A stretch of 64,000 bases of DNA from Selaginella moellendorffii (lineage: Eukaryota; Plantae; Lycopodiophyta): contig NW_003314350.1 in assembly GCF_000143415.4 (NCBI RefSeq), positions 496,001 to 560,000 of the forward strand, read 5' to 3'. The position numbers and the translations under genes were made by a program. This document shows positions 12,858-24,875 of this stretch, piece by piece. Each line of letters opens with the position of its first letter. Position 1 is the stretch's first letter. Below the pieces are notes generated by a model. It searched no databases, was not told the origin of the DNA, and saw only the letters and a program-made list of their open reading frames with translations.

Positions 12858-13870
12858 TTAATGATTTCTATTTTTGGCTAAAATTTTAAGGACCAACAAA
12901 TAATGACCTTCTCGAATAAATTGCAAAATGCGGCAAACAAGAGCAATGCCTTCTCTGAGCTCGTCCGTCGGTGAGGAATCAGCATCTGCTTGAGGAGTTT
13001 TAAGGAATGGCTGGCATGCACTTTTGGTTGCTAGCTCAAACAGGTCTCTAACATTTTCTTGTGGCTCGCTGTCACTAAAATTCGTTTTAACTATTGCTAG
13101 TTCTTCATCGTCCAATTTGACGAGGCCAAGAACATCTCTCCCAATATTTCTCCAAGGTAGCGGATAAGGTGCACAGTTGGATTCATCCATGCCTTTACAG
13201 CCTTTCTCAGGACAGAGGCAATGTTATTGGGGTAACTTACTACAAAGGCACAATCCAACGCAGCCTGATAAGCTTGTTTTGGATCATCACATTTCTCGAT
13301 TGACAAACTGAGAGCCTTGTCCAAATCACTGCCATATCTCGTTTTGAAGAAGAAACATTCAGGTTGTAGCTTGACGCCGCCTCCAAACTAATGAAGCGTT
13401 TATACTCCCAAGAAGAACTTATCTCCAGTGCCTTCTCGTAAACATATGGCTTTTCAGCAACGTCTGGATGCTCCTCAATTATCTCGCGGAAGATCTTCTG
13501 TCCACGATAGCACCTTCTCAAACACCCCAATCCCACGTTTATAGCCCAAGGTTTTCATCGTGTCCATGGTGTCCAAAATCGTATCACAGACAAAATGATC
13601 TTTCCAGTCAAAAGAAAATGCAATCGCTCGCGTGAAAGTCTCCTCATCACACGTCTCATCCAAAGATTCCAGCGCCTTGAATGCCAAGCGTTCGTCAAGA
13701 AGCCTTTGGACCATTGTGTTATTACGCCTCTTCCCGCTCAGATTGTGAAAAATCAACGCGTCAAGCGGCAAGTCCGAGAAGAGTTGTGGACATTCTTCGT
13801 GGCGGCCAAGCCCATGGCACAGATGGCTGTCCAATTCCACGTTTTCTACCACCACCCACGAACTTTGCAT
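12858..13870 (-). pseudogene. Frameshifted copy A of the unrecognised helical-protein family
   Basis: Four overlapping ORFs in different frames join into a protein of about 330 aa homologous to 2833-3830; no clear introns. Confidence 0.75.
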
Positions 13871-13966
13871 CTTTTCATCCCTACCACCTTTGTATATATA
13901 ATATATCCCATCTTAACCAGGTTTTACCACCTTTGACTTATACACATGTGTTTTCCAATTAACCTC

Positions 13967-14936
13967 TTAATCCTTCAGGAAATTCTTGCAAAGCTCACTA
14001 AGCTGCTGCCTATCCTCGTCTTGAGCTGCTTCTAGCGAAGCCTTTGCTTCATTGGCTTCAGTGATCTGTGAGGCAAATAGCATCAAATCCGAGTAAAGCA
14101 AAGTAGCTTACCGAGAGGGCCTGCGAGGCACGACGCGATTCGATTATGTCGAGCAGCACATCCTTGGTGAACTCCGGGTGGCCTTGAATGCCAAGAATGT
14201 GATCCTCCACCGCAAACATCTCCACTCTCGTGTTCTGGGACGAGCCAAGCAGTGTTCCTCCCGGCGGCAGCTCAAGAACCTTGGATTCCAAAAGATGATC
14301 GATCTAGGCAAGAGATGATAACGAATCACACTTACTTGATCGCGATGGCTTTGCAGGACTCGCAGTCTCTTCGGGATGTTCCTTCCATATCGCTTCAGCT
14401 GAAAGTGGTCGTTAGTGTACATTTCTTTCAAGCCAACTTCCCATCCCACGGGAGCTCTTCCAGTCACTCCTCCAAGCGCGCGGCTCAAAACCTTGAAAGA
14501 AACAACCAAAGATCGCGATCGATCATAAACTTGCAGATGCTTTTACCTGGTGGCCGAAGCAAACGCCGAGAATTCTCTTTTTCTCTTCGTGTAGATCGCA
14601 AAGAACTCCACAGAGCTGCGTGATCCATGCCTCGTTCCCGTGCGCATCGTACGCGCTCCCAGACACAACAACGCCACTGTAATCAGCCAATTGTTCCTCG
14701 CTGGGGAAAATCCCATCCACAACGCGGAAAGTTTCCCATGTCTCACCAGGATCGCTCAAGAGCTTGACGAGCAGCGCCCCATAGCCGCCGTGCTTGCGCT
14801 CTGTGTAATCCGTGCCATAGCCGGCCACAAACACCGCGAATTTTTTGCCAGGAGATCTCGCGGTGGCCGCCGCCGCCACCGCCGCTCCAGGGTGGACACT
14901 AGACGCGGCGGGAGAGACGAGCAGCCCCAAAACCAT
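13967..14936 (-). CDS. Gamma-glutamyl peptidase (class I glutamine amidotransferase-like), 4 exons
   Basis: GVVVSGSAYDAHG, ILGVCFGHQ (catalytic Cys) and GIQGHPEF (His-x-Glu); GT-AG introns; ends LCKNFLKD*. Confidence 0.93.
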
Positions 14937-15821
14937 GCTAGGGCTCTTCTACAAAAATGCCAGGTCATCAAACTTTAAGCCACGTAATTCAGCTATTTTG
15001 CCATATATATATATAATACATATAATATAATATACATATTATAGTTCTCACGGTTACAGCAAATACCCTACTGAATCAAAGTGGCCAGAGGATATTTACA
15101 AGCCCAATTGGATCTTGGGAGTTCCCATAGTTACCAATTTTGAGGCAATCTGGATCATTTGCAGAGCAGCCATCACAAATGCAGTATTTATTGAATTTTT
15201 TGTCATCGGTGTTATTGCAGTTGTGTTGAGGATGAATTTTAGAGGATTCTGAAACACCACATAAGAAATCTAGAATCTTATCTTTTCATACCTTGAGTTC
15301 CAGTTCCATTGCTGCTAATTAGCAAGCAAAACATTAGAACACAAACTAGAATCCTTCTTCTTTTTCTTCTGAGCAAATTGTGAGAAAGTGGTGCCAATTC
15401 ATTCATGTATGTGATTTCCTGGGTTGCATCTGTGGGCACACTGATTTGTGATACCTTTCGAAAGTTGCTAAGTGGTTGTCGAGTTTTCCAAAGATGCTCA
15501 GTTTTGGCATATTAAATTTTAAGAAATGGCCTGCTCTACTCAATGGTTTGACTTTAACACGCTGGTGTTTATTTAATATGTATATGATTTAATTAGTAAC
15601 TATATGTTTATAATTTTATTTTACATTTATACATACGGATTTTGATACAAATAATCTAAAATGTTACGATTTAACTTTATAAACAGTAATTATGTTAAAA
15701 CTTAAAACCGGCTACAACTCCTTGCGTTTTGAAATGGACAAAACGTATGTGCTTTGTGAACTCAGCCCTGGCGCACTGGCCAAATATAAATGTAACTCTT
15801 TAGTCTTTTCACATAAAAGCT

Positions 15822-16232
15822 ATGGCCAAGGTATCACTTGTAATTTGTGTTTTACTCATTTGCTTGCTGGTAAGCAGCAGCGCATCTGATCAAGGTAAGG
15901 AATGGAACATCTACTCTATCATAATATTTCCTGTCTCCATATTTTTAATCTGTGAACTAGACATGGACTCTCCTGAGATTGATCCTCAGCACCACGATCA
16001 TTGTATTTGTGATGGCTGCTGGGCTGGAGAAACCGCTTGCGAGGTCAAGGGCGTGTGTGGCGAATGCGTTGGAAAAAAAGAATCAAGCTTTTTAAACTGC
16101 TTATATTATAGCAAACCAAAAGTCAACGTAATATCAAATCTCCTTTCCATAGTTTCGATCTTTACCTGGAGAGAAACGCTCGAGAGTGGGAGGATAGCAA
16201 TCTCTCTCACTTTAATTCATAAGCTTCGCTAG
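15822..16232 (+). CDS. Small secreted Cys-rich peptide (intron 15895-15960; 3' end uncertain)
   Basis: Signal peptide MAKVSLVICVLLICLLVSSSA, phase-1 intron after it, CICDGCWAGETACEVKGVCGEC; TATAAA at about 15785. Confidence 0.6.
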   Translation: MAKVSLVICVLLICLLVSSSASDQGKEWNIYSIIIFPVSIFLICELDMDSPEIDPQHHDHCICDGCWAGETACEVKGVCGECVGKKESSFLNCLYYSKPKVNVISNLLSIVSIFTWRETLESGRIAISLTLIHKLR

Positions 16233-16661
16233 ACAAAACAGAAAGAAGATAAACCTCAGCGAGAACTTTGAAACGACTTTCCTGGAGGAACCGACTCTGC
16301 CTCAAGTTGTAATTCTCGCCACCTTCGTAGAAGCCAGTTGCGATGCATTTGTCTCCCGACAGACCAAGCGCACGCACGAGAGAGAGAGAGAGAGAGCCTG
16401 TAAAAAACTACGACCCGAGCGCGAGCTGTAAGTAAGCTGGACCACATAAGCGATAGACATGAGAAGTATTTGATAAACTTACTTGTGTTGGCGCTCGACT
16501 AGACAAGTATGCCGACCTTCCACATAAAAAACCTTTGCACGAAGCAGCGTTGTCTCCTCACCGTGTTGAGTTGCCGCGCTATAAATTGCTCGCTTCTAAA
16601 CGTACTGGATACTTCTCTTTCTTCTCTCTGCCTTGAAGTTGTGGAATCGAGAGCTTCAGCT

Positions 16662-16961
16662 ATGGCTAGAATTCCTGCTGGCTGCTTCTTCCTGATCGTA
16701 GTGCTGCTTCTCCAGATGCTCGCCGGTGCTCGATCGGCTTGTAACCAGGCTGAAATCTATGAGAAGTGTGTCCCCTGTGTCAAGTTTGGGTCCGTCATGG
16801 AGAAGCCCGACGTCAACTGTTGCAACGCCGCCAAAACGATGACTCCCGACTGCTTCTGCAGCATGCTGATTGCCACCAAAGGACGACGAGCAAATTCGGT
16901 GATGAAGTCTTACGTTTCCAGCTGCAAGTTTCGCGTTGCTCCAGGCTTCAAATGCTACTAA
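16662..16961 (+). CDS. Non-specific lipid transfer protein-like (8-Cys motif), 99 aa
   Basis: Signal peptide followed by C..C..CC..CFC..C..C; TATAAAT at about 16580. Confidence 0.85.
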   Translation: MARIPAGCFFLIVVLLLQMLAGARSACNQAEIYEKCVPCVKFGSVMEKPDVNCCNAAKTMTPDCFCSMLIATKGRRANSVMKSYVSSCKFRVAPGFKCY

Positions 16962-17084
16962 GGAGAGGTCTTCCTTCTTGATGTCTCTCTCTCTCTCTTT
17001 TTTTCCATGTTCCTGTACATGTTGTCAGTGCTCTAGCTCTTGAACAAAGCAATAGAAAGTAAATATCTTACCTGAATGGTCGAT

Positions 17085-20000
17085 CTATCTCTCCATCATG
17101 TCGTCTGACGGCAGGCTGATTTTCTCGCTCTGTTGATCCGCCCTGTCGGTTAAGAGGAGAAGCTGCTTGGACTCCTCCTCCTCTCTGAGCAAGCTTTCTT
17201 GCAGGAGCTCGAGAAAAGCCACGACTTTACTCATGGAAGGACGTCTTGAAGGCCAATCGGATGTGCAGTGAAGCGCCAGCTGCATCATTTGCACTAGAAC
17301 TGGTCCCGAAGAGGGGCTCGAAGACGCCAGCTCGCTGTCGAATGTTTCCATGCCTTTGCCTTGCTGGTTCATAGCTTTCACCCATGTAGTCACGCTGACA
17401 ATCTCTCCCAGGTTCCCCAAGACGAGTGGCTTTCTTCCCGTGAGCAGCTCCAGGAGAACGATGCCAAAGCTATACACGTCTGTTTTCTCCGAGAGTCTGC
17501 ACGTCGAAACCACCTCCGGGGCGATGTATCCCAAAGTTCCGGCTATGCCTGTCGTGAGATGAGTGGCATTGTTCTCAACGAGCCTCGCCAGTCCAAAGTC
17601 GGCGATGTGAGGCTCCATGTCCGAGTCTAGTAAAATGTTGCTCGACTTCACGTCCCGGTGGATGATTCTAGGCGAGCAGCCTTCGTGCAAGTAGAGTAGG
17701 CCTCGAGCAGTCCCCACGGCAATTCTAAGACGAGCCATCCAGCTTAGCAACGTTGATGGAGAGGCAGAGGCGACACCACCACCGTGGAGCACGTCGTGCA
17801 AACTTCCACATGGCATGTAGTCGTAAAACAGGAGTTTTTCCTGAGCGCTGCAGTAGAACCCCTTGAGCGACACCAGGTTCCTGTGCTTGATGAGACCAAG
17901 AGTGCTTATCTCCGCTTCAAAAGATGGATCATTCGCAACGTTCTCGTTTCGCAGCCGCTTCACTGCCAGGTGCGAGCCATCGGGTAAAACTGCATCGTAG
18001 ACGGCTCCAAAGCCGCCCTTTCCCAGTAAGTGGGAATCGTCAAAACCGCCTGTTGCAGCGACGATGTCGTCGTAGTCGCAAACAAAGTTGTTGACGAACA
18101 CCACCATCTTGCCGGGAACATTTTCTGACGGATCATACGTGACTTGAACTGGACGCAAATGGAACCACTTGGCCAGCAAAACAACGAAGACCAGCACCGC
18201 CAACACTGCCACAGCCGGCCCAAGCACTGTAAGCCATTTCTTCCAGTTGTGAAAGTCTGCAAGCGTGTTACCAGCCTCCCCTGTTGGATCTGCTGCCGAA
18301 CACCTCGGGAAAGGGAGCGGAGGACCGCAGAGCCCGGTGTTTCTAGCAAAAGAATCCGCCTGGAACCTCAAGAAACTTCCGAGTCTCGGTATCTCCCCAA
18401 CAAGCCCGTTGCTCGAGAGGTTGAGGCGCATCAAACTAGAGCAGTTGCAAAGAGTTGGCGGAATTGTACCAGTGAAGTTGTTCTTGTCCAGCAGCAGCAC
18501 CGTTAAGAACAATAGAGAGCCAAGACTCGAAGGTATGTTGTTGGACAGTCGGTTGGAGCTCAGGACAAGCTCGCGAAGGTCACGTATCGCACCGACTTTG
18601 GCAGGAATGCTACCGGAAAGCATGTTTCCTTCCAAGTTCAGCACCTGTAGTTGAGCTAGCGAGTCCAAAGTTGGAGGTATAACTCCCGTCAGCTTGTTGT
18701 GTGCCATGCTTGCGAATTGGAGAATAGGAAGTGTTGTCAACTCCGTCGGAATCGAGCCTTTGAGAGCGTTATCGTTGAGAGCCAGGGATAGAAGGCTCTT
18801 GCAGAGCCCGATTTGCGGTGGAATCTTGCCTGTCAACCCGTTGAAGCTCATGTCGAACGTTTGAAGGTGCGTCAACAGGCCGAAACTTTCTGGTATGGTG
18901 CCTGTCAACCTGTTGTGTCCCAGCCGAATAGCAATTAAGCCCGAGCAGTTCCCCAAACTCGACGGTACTTTGCCTTCAAGTTGGTTGTTTTCCAAAACCA
19001 GAGAAGCCAGGAACGAAAGGCTACCGAGCTCCTCTGGAACAGTGCCCGTCAGGAGATTATCCGCAAGGTTGAGCACCGTCAAGAGCGAGCAGTTCCCAAG
19101 CTCGGGTGGAACAGGACCAGAAAGATAATTTCCGCTCAAGTCCATGGCCGACTGGTCCGAAACAAAGTGGACGTGCTCTGGAAGGCTGGAGTAGAGAGGA
19201 AACTGCAGCAGACCGAGTTCTGGTGGGATTGCACCGCTTAAAGAATTGTTGTTGAGGAGAAGCTGCGACAGCCCGGTTAGAGAGCTCAGTTCTCGAGGAA
19301 TTGTACCTGTGAGGTTGTTGTTTCCCAGGTTTAAAAACCGCAGCGACCGGAGCTGTCCAAGCTCCGGTGGAATACTTCCTTGAAGCTTGTTTTGCTGAAG
19401 AAAGAGTGCCTGCAAGTTTGGGAGGAAGCCGAGCTGCTTTGGAATGGAGCCCGTCAACTCGTTGAAATCGAGGTCCACCTGAGTGAGCATTTTGAGGTGC
19501 TCGAGGTCCGCTGGAATGTGTCCACTCAAGCTGTTGTTAGGAAGGTACATGAGCCGTAGGGAAAAGAGGAGGCCAACCTCGTATGGAATTGCTCCAGAAA
19601 GCCGATTGTATCCCAGTGACAGTACCTCCAAGCGAGAGAGAAGAGAAATATCTGGAGGGATCGGGCCGGACAGATTGTTGAACTGCAAGTCGAGATGAAC
19701 CAACGACGTCATGTTCCCGAGCTCTGGAGGAATGCCGCCCGAGAGCTGGTTGGAGCTAAGTTCCAGAATCTCCAAGCTCTGTAAGTTTCCAATCTCTGGA
19801 GGGATCGGACCCTGGAGATTGTTGGAGAAGAGCCTGATAGCCGGAGGCCCGTTGAAGTACGCGTTGGTCGGATTCGAGGAGCAATACTTTTGAAGACAAG
19901 GCAGGAGGCCAATCTCGGGTGGTATCAATCCCGACAAATTGTTAGAGTCGAGGTAGAGCACGCGTAGCACCGGAAACGATCCAATCGCAGGAGGGATGGA

Positions 20001-20892
20001 ACCCGAGAGACTGTTCTCCGACAGCACCAGAGCTTCCAAGTTGGTCAGGTTGGCGAGCGTTTCAGGGATGCTACCTGTGAGCTCGTTGGAGAAGAGTAGA
20101 AGAACTGCCAGCTTCTTGAGCCTGCCTAGCTCCGGTGGAATCGGTCCAGTGAGATAGTTGCTGTGGAGGTAGAGTGCCTCCAGGGCCGTTAAGTCGCAGA
20201 GCTCGGCTGGAATCTTTCCAACAAGCTGGTTTTGCTGGAGATAGAGCACTGTAAGCTGTGTCAAGTTCCCAATCTCTGGAGGAATAACACCAGTGAGGCT
20301 GTTGTTTGCAAGTGAGAGTGCCTAGAAGATGGCAAAGTCAGAACAAACTCCAAAGAATAGAGAGAACTTTTTTATTCTTCTTGAATGAAAACCATACCTT
20401 GAGCTTTTGAAGAGATCCAAGCTCCACTGGAATCGTCCCCCATAAGAGGTTGCTCGAGAGATCTAGAGATACCAAGTTTTGGAGAATGCTGAGCTCCACC
20501 GGGATTCTCCCCGAAAGCCTGTTCCCGGGAAGAGCTAGCTTCTCAAGCTTGGACAGAGAGCCAATATCACCCACCAGGAAGCCACCATCGAGAGAAGCCT
20601 TTGGCAGGACGATCGACACGACTTGGACGAGGCCAGTGGAGTTGTCCCGGCGGCATTTGATCCCCACCCAGCCCTGCGCGCCGCAGGGCGTCCCCTTGGA
20701 TGGATCCCAGCTCATCAAATGCTCGGCCATGTCGTTCCAGGCGGATTTGAGCGCCAGTAGCGCCCACGTCTCCTCCTCCACCTCGAAGCTCTTGATCGGG
20801 TCGGCATTCTCGTCCACAATCTCGCTCCCTGCAGCGCATATCACGAATCCCAGGGTTAGAATCGCGATGAAACGCGCCAGATCGCTAGTCAT
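17085..20892 (-). CDS. LRR receptor-like kinase, about 1243 aa, intron 20322-20397
   Basis: Signal peptide, LRRNT ([12 protein letters not shown]), more than 25 LxxNxLxGxIP repeats, TM helix, RD kinase ([26 protein letters not shown]). Confidence 0.95.
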
Positions 20893-21434
20893 TGCGAGCG
20901 CAAGATCAATCGCTCGATCGATTACACCGCGAGAAATATTTTCACATTTCCCGCGATCTCGACGATGATTCCTAGCTCCCAGCCAGATAGAACCAGCGCG
21001 AAATCGATCGATCAAGAAATATTTTCACACATTCCCCTGTCCTCGATCTAGCTGCGATGATTTCTAGCTCCCAGCCGGAGGATCACTCACCTCGTTATCA
21101 AGCGCGTCGCAGAATCCGGAGAATGGGAAGAGCGTGGCGCCAGCATTCCACGATCTTTTTCCTCGCTCTCCCAAGAACCCTAGTTCTTCCATTCTAAACA
21201 GAGTACTTTATAGTTTTACATTGGTCTTTTCTCTGTCTTATTTTTTACACGTCGCCGAGATGGAGAACTTGGAATGGAGCTCTCTCCACCGGATTGGGAG
21301 AAGCAGCCTCAAAATTCTTGGCAGTGGCATCGAAGTTCTTGATCGCAGCGCTCAAAGCAATGCTTGGAACATTTTCTTTGCCATCGAAATCGATGCTCTC
21401 GCGTCTAAGTTATAAAGAAAAACTTTAGAAAGCT

Positions 21435-24400
21435 CTAAACCAAAGAAGCTACGTACCTCGGACTTTCATCACACACTTTGCTCGCTGATAGTGAGCTTCT
21501 CCTGCGAGGAAGATGAAAGAAATGTAAATCTTTGCAGGAAAGAAAGCTAGTGGTTTGATCGACTAAGTACCTCGAAGAACGCACGGAGCTGACCGGCGAG
21601 GCGTCGTCCTTGCCAATCTCCAGCAGCGCTTTTCCCTCCTGGAGAAGATTTTCGTGGAGCATGAGCATCTGCTGGACCAGGCATTTGCCGTTGAGCTGCG
21701 CCCTCTGAAGCTCGCACTGGATCTCTTTCAGCTTGCTGCTGGTGATGGACGCATCCTCGTGAGAGATCGACAAGTCCCACTCGAGTCTCTCGATCTCCTT
21801 CTCGAGCCTGCGTTTTTCTACCCGGTAGTCCTCGATGCTGCCCGCGTCCTTGTCGTGCTCGACTTTTAGCTGACTTAAGCACGACTCCAAGTCCAAAAGC
21901 TCCTCCTCTTTCACTTTCACCTCGTTTTCCAGCTCCGCACACCTGTTTTTGAGTTGCACTCGTTCCCGTTCGGCTCTTTCGAGGTTGGCCTTGGCTTTGG
22001 ACACTTCGATAAGTCCCAGCTGCTGTACTGCCCACTCCGATGCGTCCAGCCTCTCATCTTTGTCTTGAGCAAATGCCATGAGCTGCGCCAGCATGGACTC
22101 CAGTTCCTTGATCTTGGCATTCGCTCCTTCCATCTTTGCACTGATCTGGTTCCCAAGATCAACTTTGAGCTGCAGGCCGGAAACCATCTCCTTGCTCGAT
22201 GCAAGCTTGGACTCTGCGCTGGTCAAGTCGCTGAGAAGCTGTTGTCCTCTTGCTTCGCTCCTCTTCAACTCCTCGGCAACCTTCGAGACCTTCACTTGCA
22301 AGCTTTGGACCGTAAAGTCCAGGTGGCTGTTCTTCTCAGTAAGATGCTGGATCTCTTCTTTCGCACAAGCTAGCTGGGTCTCCCGGTTGCCAAGTTCCTT
22401 GACCACAAGGTCCATGTCTGCAGACTTCGCATGGAGCTGGTCAACACCTTCCTTCAGCTGAAACTCAGTCGTAGATAGCCTCTCTTTCAAGGCTTCCACC
22501 TGCTGAGCGCTTTCGGCCCGTACAGAGACCAAGTCCTCTTCCCGGGAAGCCAAAGTCACGCCAAGAAGATCGTGCTGAGCCTTGCAGCTATCCAACTCCG
22601 CAACCGTCTTCATGAAAGAGCTCTCCATTATCTGAAGAGAGGTCTGCATGGCTTCGGCCGCCTCTCTCTGAACCTTCGCTTCCAGCTCCATACGACTTAA
22701 GGTAGCACACTTGTCTTCGAATGACGATGAAAGTTTCCCGAGCTCGCTGATAAGATCCTCCTCCCTTATTCGCCAGCAATTCTTCCTGTCCTCCAGTTCA
22801 ATCATAGCCTGCTTAAGCCCAGTGATTCGTTCCTCTGATTCTCTTTTCTCCCTGCAAGCGACTTCCAAAGCTTCCTCCGTCTCAGCCAATTTGGTTTCGA
22901 CCGTCGCAAGCTTTTCGTCCAGAGCTGACCATTCCGCTTGTCGCGCCTTCAGGGAAGCTTCTAAAGCCTCAATGCTCGTTCTTGAAGTTTCGGCTGCCGA
23001 GTCCAGTGTCACCTTAAGGTCACGGAGCTCGCGAAGTTCGTCACTGATGCAGCAGAGCTGAGACTCTTTCTCCTCAAGAACCTTGGACATGAGCTCCATC
23101 TCTTGAGCTCTCATGTTCAAACGGCTCCAAGCGTCTGTCAGTTGAGAATCGGATATCGAAAGCTTCTCCCGGAGAAGCTGAGCTTCCGAAGCTGCTGCTG
23201 TCCGTAATTCCTCCTGCTCCTGCTGGCTTGAGCTTAATGCTGATTCCAATGCATTCCGTTCATGCATGCAACGCTGCAACTTTCCAACCTCTTCCTGCAG
23301 AGATGACTCCAAGTCTTGGCATCTTGCTTTCAGCCTGTCTACCTCCATAGCAACAGATTCCAAAGCAGCATTTCGATCTTCAAGAGAAGAGGACAGTGCA
23401 AAGACGTCGTCCGTAAGAGCGCGTTCTTTCTTCTCCCAGTCGGATTTTCGGATCTCAAACTCAACCAGCGATTGCCTGAACCTTTGAGCCTCCTGCTGCA
23501 AGTTCTCGTTGTCCTCGAGTAGAACTGTAAGTTCTTCATCCTTTTTAGACAGGCTGTTCTGCGATTGCGTAAGTTTCTCTGAAAGATCCAGCAACTGTGC
23601 TGCAGATTCAGCCAAGCGAGAGTCCAGTGTCTTCTGTAGGCGCTGTGCTGTTGTGTTGAGCTTTTTGTTTTCTCGTCGTAATTGTTCGACCTCTTCGGAC
23701 ATGGCCCCGAGCTTCTCGTCTTTGATGTTCGCTTCATTCGTCAAAGCCTCCAGTTCTTCGGTCTTCATCTTCAACCGACTGGCTAATGTTTCTAAGCGCG
23801 ACTCGACCGCTGAGAGCTGCAAAGCCTTCTGTTGTCGCTCATTCTCATCCTGTAGTGCTTTCAACTCTCCTTCACAAAACTCGAGAGAAGTTTGAAGATC
23901 CTCACACTTCTTCCGGTAGCACTTGAGCTCCTCAACCTTTTCTGTCAAACAGGTTGCCAGCTCCTTACATCGTTCCTTTGCATCCCTTGCTTCCTTGGTG
24001 GCAGATTTCAAAGCGGCGCATTTTTCTTCGAGAGAAATAGCGAGCTCCTGAACCTGTCGAGTAAAGCTTTCCTCCTGTTTGATCCATTCAGCTTTCCTTT
24101 GCTCAAACTTCTGCACGGTCTGTTTCAGCAGCTCATTCTGCTCGACCAAAGTCTTCCTGGTTTTCAGTAGCGACTGCAGCTCTTCCTCCTTCTCACCGAG
24201 CTTCCCATGCAAAACGCTCACATTTGCTTCCAAGCTCGTTACTTCGGCTTCTTTCACGGACAGGCGTTTGCTCTGACCAGCTACTGTCTCTTCGAGTCTC
24301 TCGATCGTCGACTGCATGCCACGAGCTTTTTCGCGAAGCTCGACAACATCTTCGTTGAAAGAAACGAGCTGCGTATCTTTGCTCTGGACGTCCTTCTTCA

Positions 24401-24875
24401 GTGCCTCGAGCTCCACATCCTTTGCTCGAGTTCTCTGCTCGAGGGTCTGCTCCAATGCCCGACACAGCTCCCTGTGCTTCGCAGCATCGGCAACAGCATC
24501 ACCCAAAGCACCACACTTCTCCTCTAGCGCGAAAGATAGCCTCTGGATCTCTTTGAGCGAAGCCTCTTCCTTCTCTACCGACAAGCTTCGCTGCCTCTCG
24601 AGGTCCTTCACAGCGTCACATAGCCCATCAATCTGCTCGCGAAGGGACTTGTTCTTTGCAGCCAATGCCGTTGTCTCGTCCTCCTTCTCGCCCAATCTCC
24701 CCTCCAAGCCTAAGATTTCCACTTCTTTGCGACCCAACCCCGATTCCAGCCCCCGGATCCTCTCCTCGAGCCCACCCAAGGCCGATTCTAAAACCCTATT
24801 CTTCTGCCCGAGGCGGAGTACCTGATCGTTGAGAGCCGCGATCTCCCCGTCCTTGCTCTCGAGCAGAAGATCCAT
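21435..24875 (-). CDS. Long coiled-coil protein (about 1146 aa) with four internal repeat modules
   Basis: Uninterrupted E/K/L-rich ORF; first ATG 24875 follows a 5'UTR intron. Confidence 0.85.
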   Translation of the reverse strand: MDLLLESKDGEIAALNDQVLRLGQKNRVLESALGGLEERIRGLESGLGRKEVEILGLEGRLGEKEDETTALAAKNKSLREQIDGLCDAVKDLERQRSLSVEKEEASLKEIQRLSFALEEKCGALGDAVADAAKHRELCRALEQTLEQRTRAKDVELEALKKDVQSKDTQLVSFNEDVVELREKARGMQSTIERLEETVAGQSKRLSVKEAEVTSLEANVSVLHGKLGEKEEELQSLLKTRKTLVEQNELLKQTVQKFEQRKAEWIKQEESFTRQVQELAISLEEKCAALKSATKEARDAKERCKELATCLTEKVEELKCYRKKCEDLQTSLEFCEGELKALQDENERQQKALQLSAVESRLETLASRLKMKTEELEALTNEANIKDEKLGAMSEEVEQLRRENKKLNTTAQRLQKTLDSRLAESAAQLLDLSEKLTQSQNSLSKKDEELTVLLEDNENLQQEAQRFRQSLVEFEIRKSDWEKKERALTDDVFALSSSLEDRNAALESVAMEVDRLKARCQDLESSLQEEVGKLQRCMHERNALESALSSSQQEQEELRTAAASEAQLLREKLSISDSQLTDAWSRLNMRAQEMELMSKVLEEKESQLCCISDELRELRDLKVTLDSAAETSRTSIEALEASLKARQAEWSALDEKLATVETKLAETEEALEVACREKRESEERITGLKQAMIELEDRKNCWRIREEDLISELGKLSSSFEDKCATLSRMELEAKVQREAAEAMQTSLQIMESSFMKTVAELDSCKAQHDLLGVTLASREEDLVSVRAESAQQVEALKERLSTTEFQLKEGVDQLHAKSADMDLVVKELGNRETQLACAKEEIQHLTEKNSHLDFTVQSLQVKVSKVAEELKRSEARGQQLLSDLTSAESKLASSKEMVSGLQLKVDLGNQISAKMEGANAKIKELESMLAQLMAFAQDKDERLDASEWAVQQLGLIEVSKAKANLERAERERVQLKNRCAELENEVKVKEEELLDLESCLSQLKVEHDKDAGSIEDYRVEKRRLEKEIERLEWDLSISHEDASITSSKLKEIQCELQRAQLNGKCLVQQMLMLHENLLQEGKALLEIGKDDASPVSSVRSSRYLVDQTTSFLSCKDLHFFHLPRRRSSLSASKVCDESPRYVASLV

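Noticed and set aside
20900-21080. Approximately 80-bp imperfect tandem duplication upstream of the LRR-RLK
   Set aside because: Real but looks like an ordinary local duplication in the 5'UTR or intron.
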